Shown piece after piece: positions 45,890 through 57,001 of a stretch of DNA of 64,000 nt (position 1 is the stretch's first letter; the number at the start of each line of letters is the position of its first letter). The stretch is from Histomonas meleagridis 2922-C6/04-290x. Its lineage: Eukaryota; Protista; Parabasalia. The notes below the pieces were generated by a model that had not been told where the DNA came from, searched no databases, and was given only the letters and a program-made list of their open reading frames with translations. The translations under genes were made by a program, and so were the position numbers. The stretch lies in the NCBI GenBank assembly GCA_020184695.1, contig JAANOX010000246.1:1-64000 (forward strand). Direction: 5' to 3'.

Positions 45890-48800
45890 TTATTGATAAA
45901 ACTGGTGGTGACACAACGGACATATTTCTATATCGTCCGCCTGTTCCGAACCCACAGCGTGTCTGCACACTTTACACTCCAATGCGTCCGCAGTTATCAA
46001 TCTTCCCGTCATTACGCACAGCTTCATGTGGTATCCGCATTCCAAGCACTGACTTTGCAATGCGTTAATTGACCCGATTCTACACTTTGGACAAGTTACG
46101 CTTCTAAAAGTGTTTGGGTCTACCGGCTTATTCCTTGAGAATATTTCGATTGACAACTCTTCGAACTTTTCTCTTTTCTCTTTCGGGTAATCGTCGAAAT
46201 GCTCCAAAATCGTCATTGCTCTTGAGCATTGTCCGAAATGTTTAGTGCGTAATGAGCAACTTACTAATAAAGCGGCTGCTTTATCTTCTCCGATCACGTC
46301 AGCGTAATCATCGAAGACACGACAAGCGCATACTAATGCATCCATCCATTGTTTAGCGAACATAAATCGATGCGCTAACATATAGAAATGGATTCCTTCT
46401 GCTTTCTTCCAGATGTCATTTAACAATCCGTTTGATATTGTCTCATCTTCTTTAATAAGTCCTTCGATTCGTTCACTAATCGTATTTGCTCCGTCGAATG
46501 TTTGTTGTCGATGTTTCTCTAATTGTAATGCTGCAAAGATATAACACATTTTCGCGCTTAAGTAATCTTCGTTCTCTTTAAGTATCGAATCGCCTTCGTT
46601 TTGTAATAACTTCGCAGCTTCAATGTCAAGTCCTGCACGTGAATAGAAGTCAATAGCTGCCGCTGTTTGTCCATTGTCGATTAATTCCTTCGCATATTTG
46701 TTCATCCTGTTCCTGATTTCATTCGTCTTCGATTTGCCTGCAAGTTCTAATGCCGTCTTCCAATGGTTTAATCGTGCGCATGCATCAATAGCTGATGATA
46801 TATCGCCATATGTCTTAAATGCCATTACTGCGTTATTAATTGATCCAATCGATATAAATAATCGGCCAAGTTTAGGTAACAAATCAGAAGTGTTCGGTAA
46901 CTTTAACATTAAGTTTTCAAGGCCTTGATAATCATCCATTAAGTATAAACATTTCATTAGTTTCTCATAATTACCTGCAGCATCATAAAAGTCTGCAGCA
47001 AATTGATATTCATTTCGTTCCATAAAATTATCGCCAACATTAGTATAGATATCTTTGTTCGATTCATCACTATTTAACTTGGTCTTACCAATGATATTAA
47101 TAATATGCTCATAATCGCCAATGGAATTACGCATTTCAATGGATAAATCATTCCGATCCATAGAACTATATATACTTTGAGCTTCATCAAATCGTCCTAA
47201 ATATGTTAAGATTTGAGCACGTTGAATATTTGTGTCTTTAATGGATCGAATTCGCTTAAGAAATTGGAGGCTCTTATAGTCGGTGGTCTCCAAAAAACAT
47301 TTCTCTGCAAGCGTTAAGTTCATTTCTAACATCGAAGTCTCGCCAAGCTCTTCCCAGAGGCGTGGCTTATCTTGCGTTTTACAATATGAAATGATGGTTT
47401 CGATGTCTGTTTGTGGGCGACTTGATAACATAATCCGTAAGTCGCGTAATTGTTTGGTGGGATAGGACTTGAAAAACCGTTTCCGTGGATGAAGTGGATC
47501 ATTCATAATTCGGATTAAATCAACACAGAGGATCTCTAGGTTACTAAAGGAGGCTATGTGTGATATTGATGGGATCGGTTCTTCTTCTTGAAGATCATTA
47601 TATATATATAGTTTTTGTCGTTCAAGTGCTGCAAATTGATTGGGTGAGTCTGATGAAAACTCCATGTTCCATACTTCTTTCTTTTCAGGTCCTATTGTTT
47701 GGCCATTTGTCATATTAATAAATTTAAGTGTACCAGCTGAATCAAATGCAGCCAACGTTAATTCATCGGATGATAATTTAATTGATTCTGCTGAGAAATC
47801 AACTGGTATTTTACTGATTTCGTTTAATGATGGAACATCAAGTTTAATGATATTAGGTTGAGCAAATATTAATACAAACTTATCGCGTAATAATAACGCT
47901 GTTATATTATCTGTTATATCTAAGTATTGAGGAGAATCTTCTTCATCAAATTTCCAAACACAAACTTTGTGTTCAGAAACCGCCGCAACCGCTTTATTGT
48001 AAACGGCCACTTTAAACGGCTGAAAAGGAATAACGGCCGAAGTAACGTTAACGCTAATTGAATCGGTTATTGACAAAAGTGCCTCTTCACCAGGTAATTT
48101 AGTGACAACAGCAAAATAACCATTGTTACCAGCTATAGCTAAGACATGACCAATATTATGAATTCTTTTTTCGTCTGTTTTGTAATTAAAGTAAGCAATT
48201 GTATGCTCATCTATATCGGAATTATTATATGAATAAACTAAAGTATGTTCATCAAACGCCCAATTAAACTGCGGAATAATTTGAGCTAAATAAAAGAAAT
48301 TCCCAACTGCCATTGCAACTTGTGTATCTATCGGGTCAAAAGCTAAATGTGTAATTCGTTGACCAGAAACATCAAGTTCGCGTAAAATGTTTCCTTGTTC
48401 ACTAATGAATAACACAACGCATTTCCCAGACGATTTAATGCCTGCAACAGCAAAAGCTGCGCCATTTCTTAGCCAGCTAATTGATGTGCATTCCATTTCG
48501 ACAGAGATAACAATCGGTTCGGAATCAGTTTCATTTCGATTTAATTGGATTTGGCCGCCTTCATAAGCAACAAGTAATCCGTAGTTTGCTTTTTTGTTCC
48601 ATTCAAGTCCAATGAGTTTAGGATCAGCTGTAGAATTGTTCAAACATGGCATTTGCATTGTACCGGTTTCAACGCCTCGTGAATCAATGATCATAACTTC
48701 GCCATATGTTGTGCCGCATAACATTGATCCACTAGTTATCGTCCATTCAACAAATTTTACCGATTGTCGCATGGAAACTGACCAATTAAGATCACCATCA

Positions 48801-49222
48801 GATGTAACACAAGCACATGTTGAATCTTCATAACAAATTGCTACCATATCACATCTTTTTGACCATCGAATATATGTAACTGGTGATGCTACTGTGCTGT
48901 TTGTAAGTACGTGTTTCCATGTTTTGCCTTTTTTGGTCCAAAAAGTAATTTTACCAGATTTATCACCACAAGATAAAAATCGACCATTATCACTCCATGA
49001 TAATGCAGTAATTTCTTTTTTGTGGAATTCAATTGTTTGGATATTTTCTATATTCGGTGTTCCTGGTTGATCGTGTGAAGTAGTGACGACTGAAAGATTA
49101 ATTGTTCCATTTTTATATCCCATAGCAATGATGTTGTTTGCTTTACTCCATGTTAAGAAAGTAGATGGATTGTCAGAATGTGATTTCATTTTTTTGGAGA
49201 GAAAGACCCTAAATTTCAACAT
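45890..49222 (-). CDS. WDR35: Intraflagellar transport protein IFT121/WDR35
   Basis: FLSKK N-terminus, WD40s, PRLWEELGETSM...AEKCF, AIDACARLNHWKTALELA, HFYMLAHR, HFGQCSRAMTILE, C-terminal Zn-finger Cys pairs. Confidence 0.95.
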   Translation of the reverse strand: MLKFRVFLSKKMKSHSDNPSTFLTWSKANNIIAMGYKNGTINLSVVTTSHDQPGTPNIENIQTIEFHKKEITALSWSDNGRFLSCGDKSGKITFWTKKGKTWKHVLTNSTVASPVTYIRWSKRCDMVAICYEDSTCACVTSDGDLNWSVSMRQSVKFVEWTITSGSMLCGTTYGEVMIIDSRGVETGTMQMPCLNNSTADPKLIGLEWNKKANYGLLVAYEGGQIQLNRNETDSEPIVISVEMECTSISWLRNGAAFAVAGIKSSGKCVVLFISEQGNILRELDVSGQRITHLAFDPIDTQVAMAVGNFFYLAQIIPQFNWAFDEHTLVYSYNNSDIDEHTIAYFNYKTDEKRIHNIGHVLAIAGNNGYFAVVTKLPGEEALLSITDSISVNVTSAVIPFQPFKVAVYNKAVAAVSEHKVCVWKFDEEDSPQYLDITDNITALLLRDKFVLIFAQPNIIKLDVPSLNEISKIPVDFSAESIKLSSDELTLAAFDSAGTLKFINMTNGQTIGPEKKEVWNMEFSSDSPNQFAALERQKLYIYNDLQEEEPIPSISHIASFSNLEILCVDLIRIMNDPLHPRKRFFKSYPTKQLRDLRIMLSSRPQTDIETIISYCKTQDKPRLWEELGETSMLEMNLTLAEKCFLETTDYKSLQFLKRIRSIKDTNIQRAQILTYLGRFDEAQSIYSSMDRNDLSIEMRNSIGDYEHIINIIGKTKLNSDESNKDIYTNVGDNFMERNEYQFAADFYDAAGNYEKLMKCLYLMDDYQGLENLMLKLPNTSDLLPKLGRLFISIGSINNAVMAFKTYGDISSAIDACARLNHWKTALELAGKSKTNEIRNRMNKYAKELIDNGQTAAAIDFYSRAGLDIEAAKLLQNEGDSILKENEDYLSAKMCYIFAALQLEKHRQQTFDGANTISERIEGLIKEDETISNGLLNDIWKKAEGIHFYMLAHRFMFAKQWMDALVCACRVFDDYADVIGEDKAAALLVSCSLRTKHFGQCSRAMTILEHFDDYPKEKREKFEELSIEIFSRNKPVDPNTFRSVTCPKCRIGSINALQSQCLECGYHMKLCVMTGRLITADALECKVCRHAVGSEQADDIEICPLCHHQFYQ

Positions 49223-49661
49223 CTTGAGAATGTTAATATTAAACGGTCGCGAAGAAATAACGTTTTTTTACAGAGACCGTTATCAATACGTTAATTATGT
49301 AAACAATTGAATATATGACCAATTTTATGTTTGAAAAAAATTAAAAAAAAAATATAAAAATATCTTTTTAAGAAATAAATATTTTTATAAAAATTTAATG
49401 AATAAAATTAATATTATCTAATATTTCTATTAAATAATAAAATAAATCTAATGTTTACTTATTTGAATTATCTATTTTGGAACATTCCCGCCAAAATCGG
49501 AGGGAAGTCACTCCGGAGGTTTTCTGATTGAAGGTGAGCGCGCAACGAAAAAAACTTTTTGTTAACATAGGACGTTAAACGAGTTCAAATATTACGGTTT
49601 ATTTTTGATGTTAAGCTTAACGTACAAAAAGACCCGCATTATCTCTCACTTCATTTTTATA

Positions 49662-51503
49662 ATGGCGCAAGCCCAAATTAAGAATATTGAAGGCATTAAT
49701 ACTTCCTTGAATTTTACTGCAAATGCAATGAAAGTTTTAAAAGCAAGGTATCTTCAACAAGATGATGACAATAACATTATCGAAACACCAGAAGAAATGT
49801 TTACACGTGTTGCCAAATGCTTAGCATCAGTTGAAAAAGACCAAGAAAAATGGACCAAAGTTTTCAGCGATGTCATGACAAAATTTGAATTTATCCCAGC
49901 TGGTCGTACACTTGCAAATGCAGGAGCAAAGACCACACTTGTTTCCAACTGTGTTGTTTTACATATGGAAGATTCATTAGACAGTATTTTTGAAACACTT
50001 AAAGAAGCAGCACTTCTTCAACAAGCAGGCTCAGGTATTGGCTTTCCATTCCATCTTCTTCGTCCAGCAGGTTTCAAATGCAAGCGAACACTTGGCTCAT
50101 CAAGTGGTCCATTATCATTCTTACGAATTTATTCAGAAGCATTTCGTATTGTTCAACAACATGGTCGTCATGGAGCTAATATGGCCATGATGCGAGTTGA
50201 CCATCCCGATATTTTAGAATTTATTGAAGCCAAAGCTAAAGAAGGAACATTTGAGAATTTCAACTTTTCGGTTGGACTTACCGATGAATTTATGGAACGT
50301 GTCGTTAACAATGATCCATCACCATGGTTATGTACATGGAATGGCGAGAAGATGAAGCCACGTTATATCACACGTGATGCAGCAGGACGTATTACAGATA
50401 TTACTGAAGCTGATATTTCCGCCCCAGAACTTATGGATGAAATTATTTATAGCGCATGGCGTAATGGCGAACCAGGATGTATCTTTATTGATACTGTTAA
50501 CAAGACTAATCCATTACCAGGCCTTGGGCCTATTGAATGCTGCAATCCATGTGGTGAACAATATCTTCATTCAGGCGATGCATGTAATTTAGGATCAATT
50601 AACTTAGAAAAGTTTGTTAACTCAGATCGTACATTAAATGAAGAAAAACTTAAAGAAGTTACACGTATAGCAGTTCGTATGTTAGATAATGTTGTTGATT
50701 TAACACAATTTCCAGTTGAACGTGTTAACACAATGTTTAAGAACAACAGACGTATTGGCTTAGGCATTATGGGCTTAGCAGATATGTTATTCTTAATGAA
50801 ATTACCATATAACTCTAAAGAAGGACGTGCAGCAGCTACAAGAGCTATGCAAGTTATTCAAGAAACAGCTATTGATGAATCAGTTAAACTTGGTGCCGAA
50901 AAAGGTAATTTCCCGAACTTTGATAAAAGTGTTTGGTGCAAGAAATATGAAACAATGCGTAATGCATCATTAACTAATGTAGCACCTACTGGTTCTACAT
51001 CGATGTTAATGGATGTTTCATCAGGCGTTGAACCATATTTCGCATTAGCATATCGTCGCCGTAATTGTTTAGCAGGCGAAATGAAACCATTTGTTAACAA
51101 ACATTTAAAGAAAGCACTTAAAGAAAACAATTGTTACTCTGAAGAAGTGATGGAACAAATCCTTCAAACAGGCACATTAAGGAATGTTACTGGTGTTCCT
51201 GATGAAGTTAAGAAAGTATTTGTTACTTCATTAGATATATCACCTAAAGATCATATTAACATGCAAAGCGACGTACAGAAATATACTTGTAACGCTATAT
51301 CTAAAACAGTGAACTTCGAACAAGACGCAACACAAGATATGGTCAGAGAAGGATTCATTGAAGGTTGGAAAGCGGGTTGCAAAGGTTTAACAGTATACAG
51401 AAATGGGTCGAGACAATACCAGGTGCTGGAAACAAAGGCACAAAGTAATGAGGCTGTTAAAACGTTTGTTGATACTTGCAAAGATGGTAAATGTGATATC
51501 TAA
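49662..51503 (+). CDS. nrdJ: Adenosylcobalamin-dependent (class II) ribonucleotide reductase
   Basis: FIPAGRTLANAG, VSNCVV, RHGANM...DHPDILEFI, NPCGEQ, ACNLGSINL, NRRIGLGIMG, APTGSTS, NAISKTVN, KGLTVYRNGSR, terminal CKDGKC; no ATP cone and no C-terminal Tyr pair of class I. Confidence 0.88.
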   Translation: MAQAQIKNIEGINTSLNFTANAMKVLKARYLQQDDDNNIIETPEEMFTRVAKCLASVEKDQEKWTKVFSDVMTKFEFIPAGRTLANAGAKTTLVSNCVVLHMEDSLDSIFETLKEAALLQQAGSGIGFPFHLLRPAGFKCKRTLGSSSGPLSFLRIYSEAFRIVQQHGRHGANMAMMRVDHPDILEFIEAKAKEGTFENFNFSVGLTDEFMERVVNNDPSPWLCTWNGEKMKPRYITRDAAGRITDITEADISAPELMDEIIYSAWRNGEPGCIFIDTVNKTNPLPGLGPIECCNPCGEQYLHSGDACNLGSINLEKFVNSDRTLNEEKLKEVTRIAVRMLDNVVDLTQFPVERVNTMFKNNRRIGLGIMGLADMLFLMKLPYNSKEGRAAATRAMQVIQETAIDESVKLGAEKGNFPNFDKSVWCKKYETMRNASLTNVAPTGSTSMLMDVSSGVEPYFALAYRRRNCLAGEMKPFVNKHLKKALKENNCYSEEVMEQILQTGTLRNVTGVPDEVKKVFVTSLDISPKDHINMQSDVQKYTCNAISKTVNFEQDATQDMVREGFIEGWKAGCKGLTVYRNGSRQYQVLETKAQSNEAVKTFVDTCKDGKCDI

Positions 51504-52373
51504 TAAAGTGATATGATATTATTAAAGACTTAAAATAATATATTTTGTTGTTTAACAATTGTTTTCTGATCGAATGAAATCAGATTTTGAAGAAAAATGA
51601 ATGAGTTCTTCAATAATTTTGAGGAAATTTCGTCCAAAAGCGAAATGATAAAAAAATCAAGATATACAAATTTCTCCAAACCATTAAAAATTATTAAAAT
51701 GCATGAGGGAAGTAATTATATATATTTTATTCTTTATTTTAAAAAATTAATAAAAACTCAATTTCTTCTGATTAAATAACATCCCTTATGAAGATTTTTA
51801 TTTCACTTATTTGTAATTTATTCTCAGAGCGGGAGATATTAAACGATTCTTTCCATTTTCACCTTTTGTAACATTAATGCTAAATCATAAAATAAAAATT
51901 AAAACAAAGCTCCTTTGTATGTATAACTTTAGCTTTTATATGTACGAAATATGTCCTTAAAGACCCTTAAATTGAGCGAGAAAACGACGAATAATGTCAA
52001 CTGTTTTCATATTATCTTTTTTAGATGCAAACATAATTGCTGTTTTAAATAAAATAAAGAATTTCCAAATATTATTTTGAAATCTTATATTATTAAATAA
52101 AATTTCTTGTTTCCCATTTGAAATTTAAAATTATAAACGGTCTCTATTCTATGTGAATGAACTAACATTCTTTGTATGTATCAATATAATAATTATTTCA
52201 AAGAACACAATGACTTGGTGGGATATTATAATATCTTTAAATTCGTAATGTAAACATATATATGTTTTACTGTGGGATATATACTAATTAAAAGCTAACC
52301 GAAATATACTTTTAATTTTCACCACATAACGATCATAGCATTATGAAAAAGTTATACGTAGCACAATAAAATT

Positions 52374-53699
52374 ATGGCAGAAATTAATGAAGCAACAGTT
52401 GATGGAATCCAATACACCGCGGAAAATAAGACGTGTACTTTAAGCAAGCTTATTGTCAAAGAAAAAAATTCAATTGTTGTTCCTGTTAGTGTAACTTTTC
52501 CTAATAATGAATCATATGATGTTATTGCAATAAACGCACCATGCTTCCAAAACTTTAGTGAAAATGCTGATGTTTCGTTCGAATTTGCCCCAGGATCAAA
52601 AGTTGAAAAAATTGGAGAGCAAACTTTTACATGTACACCAATAAAAAATATAAACCTTCCAGAACCGTTGCGTTTCATTGGAGACTTTGCGTTTGCCAAA
52701 TGTTTAAAACTAGAATCGATTATTTTTGGAAATAACCTTACAACAATTGGTGCTTATTCATTTGCTTACACTAAAATCAAATCCATTGTTATACCAAATT
52801 CAGTCGAAACCATTTCTATTAATGCATTTTATGAATGTACTGAACTCTCGAATGTCACATTTTCACCTGGCTCTAAACTTAAAGTCATTAGCAGAAGATG
52901 TTTTGGTAAGACCAAGCTCCCATCAATAGTTATACCCAATTCTGTCGAGACCATAGAAGCTGATTCATTTGAAGATTGTCAATACCTTAAAAAAGTAGAA
53001 TTTGAAGGCAATTCCCATCTCAAAACCATTGAGCCCAACGCCTTTAGCAAATCTCTTTGTGAGATAACCATTCCAAGCTCAGTAGAAATAATTCTTCCAA
53101 ATACGTTTTGTAATTTTCCGAATCTAAAAGTCGTTAATTTCGAAGAGAATTCAGTTCTTAAGTCCATAGGCGAGTCATCTTTCGAAGGAACTCATTTAGA
53201 GGAAATTCATCTTCCGAAATCTGTTGAAATTATCAACGCATATTCATTCCGAAATTGCGCTGCTTTGAAGTCAGTCATCTTCGATGGTGATGTTGCATTG
53301 AAAAAAATCGGTCCGTGGGCATTCCAGGACACCTCACTCGAATCGTTCCTCATTTCCAATAATCTCGAGTCGGTTGGCGAATACGCTTTTTCGAACACGT
53401 CTTCGCTGAAAAAGGTCTCTGCGGCCAAGAACACAGTGCTAAAGGTGATTCCGCCTTATTGCTTCTTGAACTCCGCTGTTGCCGAAGTCGAAATTCCAAA
53501 GTCGGTAACAGTTGTCGAAAGTTTCGCATTCGATAGCTGCAAAGAGTTAAAGAAAGTTTTGTTTGTGAGTAACGAAGAGGCAACGTTCGAATACCAGGCG
53601 TTTTGTAAGTGCGAACAGGAAATAGAGTTCACATTGGGAGAAAAGGTAAAAGTTGAAGACTTCACACTTCCATCAAATGCAAAATTGTTGAAGCAATAA
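52374..53699 (+). CDS. BspA-like LRR_5 protein lacking signal peptide and TM
   Basis: IVIPNSVETI, GSKLKVI...F repeats; starts EATVDGIQYT; no hydrophobic segment. Confidence 0.88.
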   Translation: MAEINEATVDGIQYTAENKTCTLSKLIVKEKNSIVVPVSVTFPNNESYDVIAINAPCFQNFSENADVSFEFAPGSKVEKIGEQTFTCTPIKNINLPEPLRFIGDFAFAKCLKLESIIFGNNLTTIGAYSFAYTKIKSIVIPNSVETISINAFYECTELSNVTFSPGSKLKVISRRCFGKTKLPSIVIPNSVETIEADSFEDCQYLKKVEFEGNSHLKTIEPNAFSKSLCEITIPSSVEIILPNTFCNFPNLKVVNFEENSVLKSIGESSFEGTHLEEIHLPKSVEIINAYSFRNCAALKSVIFDGDVALKKIGPWAFQDTSLESFLISNNLESVGEYAFSNTSSLKKVSAAKNTVLKVIPPYCFLNSAVAEVEIPKSVTVVESFAFDSCKELKKVLFVSNEEATFEYQAFCKCEQEIEFTLGEKVKVEDFTLPSNAKLLKQ

Positions 53700-53940
53700 A
53701 TAATTTTTAAATTTATTTGTAATTATTAATTTTTGTACTAAAAGAATTCATAAATAAATACAAAAAATATTGTTAACAATGTAAAATTATAAATATCGAT
53801 CTAATGCCAAAATAATGTAAATATAAAAGGTTTCACGTAAATATTCTGGGCAATTTTATGATGGAACTTTTTTCATTAAGTAAAATTATCCAATTTTTAA
53901 TATCACAAAAAATCATAAATGTTATAAAATCAAACATATT

Positions 53941-56307
53941 TTATTGAAACAATTCATCTAATTGTTCAGAAGATATTTCGTTATCTTGTGTTATTTTATG
54001 TACAAATTTTGTTACTAATTCATATTTTTGTTTTTCTTGATTTGTCTCTTCAACAATTTTCTTCAAATTTATGTTTTCTTCTTTTAATTGATTTATTTTT
54101 AATAACAAATTTTTTTCGTTATTTTTAAAACTTTTGTTTACTTGTTGCAATTGTTTTATTTTTAATTTCATTTCTTCGATTTTTGATTTATTTTTGCTTT
54201 TGTATTGATCAAACATTGAAATAACATTTTGGAATTCATTTGTTTGATCATTTAACTTTTTATGTTTTGTTTCTAATTCGAATATTAAATTTTGTTTCGA
54301 TTCTGTTTCAGTTTTCATTTTATGTATTTTCTCTCTTCTTTTTATAAGTTTTTCATTTTGATTTGTTAAATCGTTTTTTATATTTCTTATTTCTTCTTCG
54401 TAATTTTTGATTTTTTCTTCGTATTTCGAAATTTGTTTTTCTGCATTAACAAGTGAATTCGAGTTTTCATTAAATTTTTTAAGTTTTGCAGAAATTGTTT
54501 CAATTTGATTATCTTTATTTAATATTAATGCTTCAATCTCTTTAATTTTTTGTTTGTTTGAATCATTTTCAGTTTTTATATTTTTTAATTTTTCCGATTT
54601 TTGAACATTTTCATTTTGAAGATTTTGAATTTTCAAATTTGATTTATTTAATTCTTCTTTGATTTTTTGGTTTTGACTTTGAAGTTTACTTATTTCTTCT
54701 TTATAATATATATTTTGTGTGTTAATTTGTTCTATTTCTAATTGATTCATTTCTAATATTCCTTTTAATTCGAGAATTTCTTCTGTTTCTTTCTCAAGTC
54801 TCATTTTATATCTTGAATTTATTGAGATTATTTCTTTTTGCTTTTGAAGATTTATTTGTAAAAACCCAGAAACTACAGAATTAAATAATATTTCATTATT
54901 ATTTTCTGATTTCGAATTTGAAATTTCGGAGACGATCAAAACCGCTTTGATTCCATCGGCTAACGTTCTCCTATCGGTAGTTTCTTCAATAACGTGCGCC
55001 AAAAGTGCTCCGAATTGAGAATCTAAAACTAATAAATTAAGTCTTTGGATCCATCCATTAATTTTAGAAGAAGATATTAATAAAAAATATTGAAGAGATG
55101 AAAAAGATTGAGAAGCTTCAATATGTCTTTGAAATGTAAGGAAAATATTTTCTTCATTTTCTTTTAAAATTGGCTGAATTTTTTTTAAACAATTTCCTGA
55201 ACTTATTAAACATCGTAAAACTAAAATTGCACATTCTATCATATCAATATTCATTTCTAAATCAGGTAAAAAAGATATTTTCAATGCATTTCTACAAATT
55301 ACTTCAATGTTTTCTAATTTATCAAAAATATTTTCATTCTTTTCCATAAAATGTTGTATAAATCTCATTGCAGAAAATGCAGTATATCCAACGTTTTGTG
55401 AAAGAATAAAATTTAAAATTTTCTCAATGTTAAAACATTCATTAAAAATAGAAATCTCATTAAATGTCTCAAAAAGATAAAAAGATGATATAGAATTAGA
55501 AGTTATTGCAATATTAAAAAGTGAATTTAAATCTTTTTTCGTTAATGAATTCGACTTTTGTATCTCGATAAGAATCCAACATGCGCATTTGATTAAAAGA
55601 GAATTGTTATTTGAAACATTAATCGCATGTATCGCCACTGATTTTGATGTTTCTATGTCAATTGTATTTGGAAAAAGTAAAAGAAGTGATAAAACTGACC
55701 CAACAACGCTCAAATGATCATCACAAGATAACTTAGAAGTAAAAAGAGATTTGATTTGTTGGATATTAGATGTTTGCATATATGTAGAAAATATTTGTGA
55801 GTTACGAATTAATCCTGATAAAATTAATATACAATATCCAGAAAGAGAGGAAACTTTGATAACCTTCATTAATGTTTGAAATATTTGGGCTGATGATGTT
55901 ATGGTTGTTACTATATTTCTTGCTGATGTTGAAATGAAGGCAGATAATGCAAAAATTAGATTTATCAGTTTTTTGTCTTGTAAAATAATAGCTCCAGAAA
56001 GCATAGACTCTAGTGGAAATCCAACAAAAGAAAAATTTAAAAATAACGGATTTGTACGAATTAATTGGATGAAAAGATCTAAAATATTTATCAAAATATT
56101 AATACACTCACTTGAAAGAGTTGACTTCAGGTGAACAAATGGAGCTAGTGTTAATTGGATAAATTGTGGAAAATTTGTATCATGAAAAAATTTTATTGGA
56201 CTCAATGAAATAGTCTTCAAACTATCATAAATACAATTTATATAATCTGTAAAATCTGTTTTATCATTTAGCGAATTGCAAAATATTTCCAATTCGCATT
56301 TTTCCAT
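53941..56307 (-). CDS. Helical-repeat N-terminus plus C-terminal coiled-coil protein
   Basis: 788 aa; hydrophobic helical N-terminal 480 aa, K/E/N/Q-rich heptad C-terminus. Confidence 0.7.
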   Translation of the reverse strand: MEKCELEIFCNSLNDKTDFTDYINCIYDSLKTISLSPIKFFHDTNFPQFIQLTLAPFVHLKSTLSSECINILINILDLFIQLIRTNPLFLNFSFVGFPLESMLSGAIILQDKKLINLIFALSAFISTSARNIVTTITSSAQIFQTLMKVIKVSSLSGYCILILSGLIRNSQIFSTYMQTSNIQQIKSLFTSKLSCDDHLSVVGSVLSLLLLFPNTIDIETSKSVAIHAINVSNNNSLLIKCACWILIEIQKSNSLTKKDLNSLFNIAITSNSISSFYLFETFNEISIFNECFNIEKILNFILSQNVGYTAFSAMRFIQHFMEKNENIFDKLENIEVICRNALKISFLPDLEMNIDMIECAILVLRCLISSGNCLKKIQPILKENEENIFLTFQRHIEASQSFSSLQYFLLISSSKINGWIQRLNLLVLDSQFGALLAHVIEETTDRRTLADGIKAVLIVSEISNSKSENNNEILFNSVVSGFLQINLQKQKEIISINSRYKMRLEKETEEILELKGILEMNQLEIEQINTQNIYYKEEISKLQSQNQKIKEELNKSNLKIQNLQNENVQKSEKLKNIKTENDSNKQKIKEIEALILNKDNQIETISAKLKKFNENSNSLVNAEKQISKYEEKIKNYEEEIRNIKNDLTNQNEKLIKRREKIHKMKTETESKQNLIFELETKHKKLNDQTNEFQNVISMFDQYKSKNKSKIEEMKLKIKQLQQVNKSFKNNEKNLLLKINQLKEENINLKKIVEETNQEKQKYELVTKFVHKITQDNEISSEQLDELFQ

Positions 56308-57001
56308 TTTGTTACAAGCAAAAGTGGCGCCATAAGTGAAGTACGTTTAATATTTCAAAAGCACCGATCAAGCTTTGTGTCACTTTTAAACATATCAAAA
56401 ATGTCACGAATAAATGTACATTTATTTAGCACAATCACAAAAGGAAAAAATTGATGTAATGGTAACAGTATGGACATATTAAAATATGAAGAGTTTAGAA
56501 TAATTTTTATTTTTTTTATCGATTTCTTGATTGAATCAGTCTATAGATTTTTTATATGAAAATGATATAATGGCAAAAAATATAATTTTTCTAACTATAA
56601 AAATATTTATATCCTAAGTATTTATATAAACAAAAATTTTCGAATGCAATTACGTGTGAATGTTTCATAAAGATATTCAAATATTATATATAATCAATTG
56701 TAACAACGCTCAAAAAATATGCACATGTATAAACAATTTAATGAACAATATTTTGCACTGATTAATTTTGTACTTGTCCGTTTAACTATGCGAGAGCATT
56801 TTTTGAATGATGTATCGCTTTATACAGATCATAATCTACACAAAAAATTAAATCAAAGTAATTACTTAAAAATTATCTTTTTGCCTCAAACCACAATTCA
56901 AATATCGGATGAAAATGAAAACAACAAGGCTAAAAATGCCACCACTTCAGAAAAAAATGCCGAGCGTTTTTATTTTTTATTTTTATTTTTTTTTTTTTTT
57001 G

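Noticed and set aside
49480-49560. Possible cobalamin riboswitch upstream of class II RNR
   Set aside because: GC-rich island, but the conserved B12-element motifs could not be identified.
52061-52077. ATTTCCAAATATTATTT resembling slot-3 element; similar AT runs near 1924-1980
   Set aside because: No flanking coding exons; indistinguishable from intergenic AT-rich sequence.
8064-53665. Numerous short ORFs overlapping real genes on the opposite strand or another frame (e.g. 8064-8408, 11429-11776, 13438-13854, 22403-22717, 42794-43123, 53207-53583)
   Set aside because: Shadow ORFs of the annotated genes with no independent motifs.
56909-57001. N-terminal extension of the lipase ORF; likewise 40480-40714 of the large BspA ORF
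   Set aside because: Low-complexity poly-T/AT sequence typical of upstream non-coding DNA; downstream starts are more plausible.
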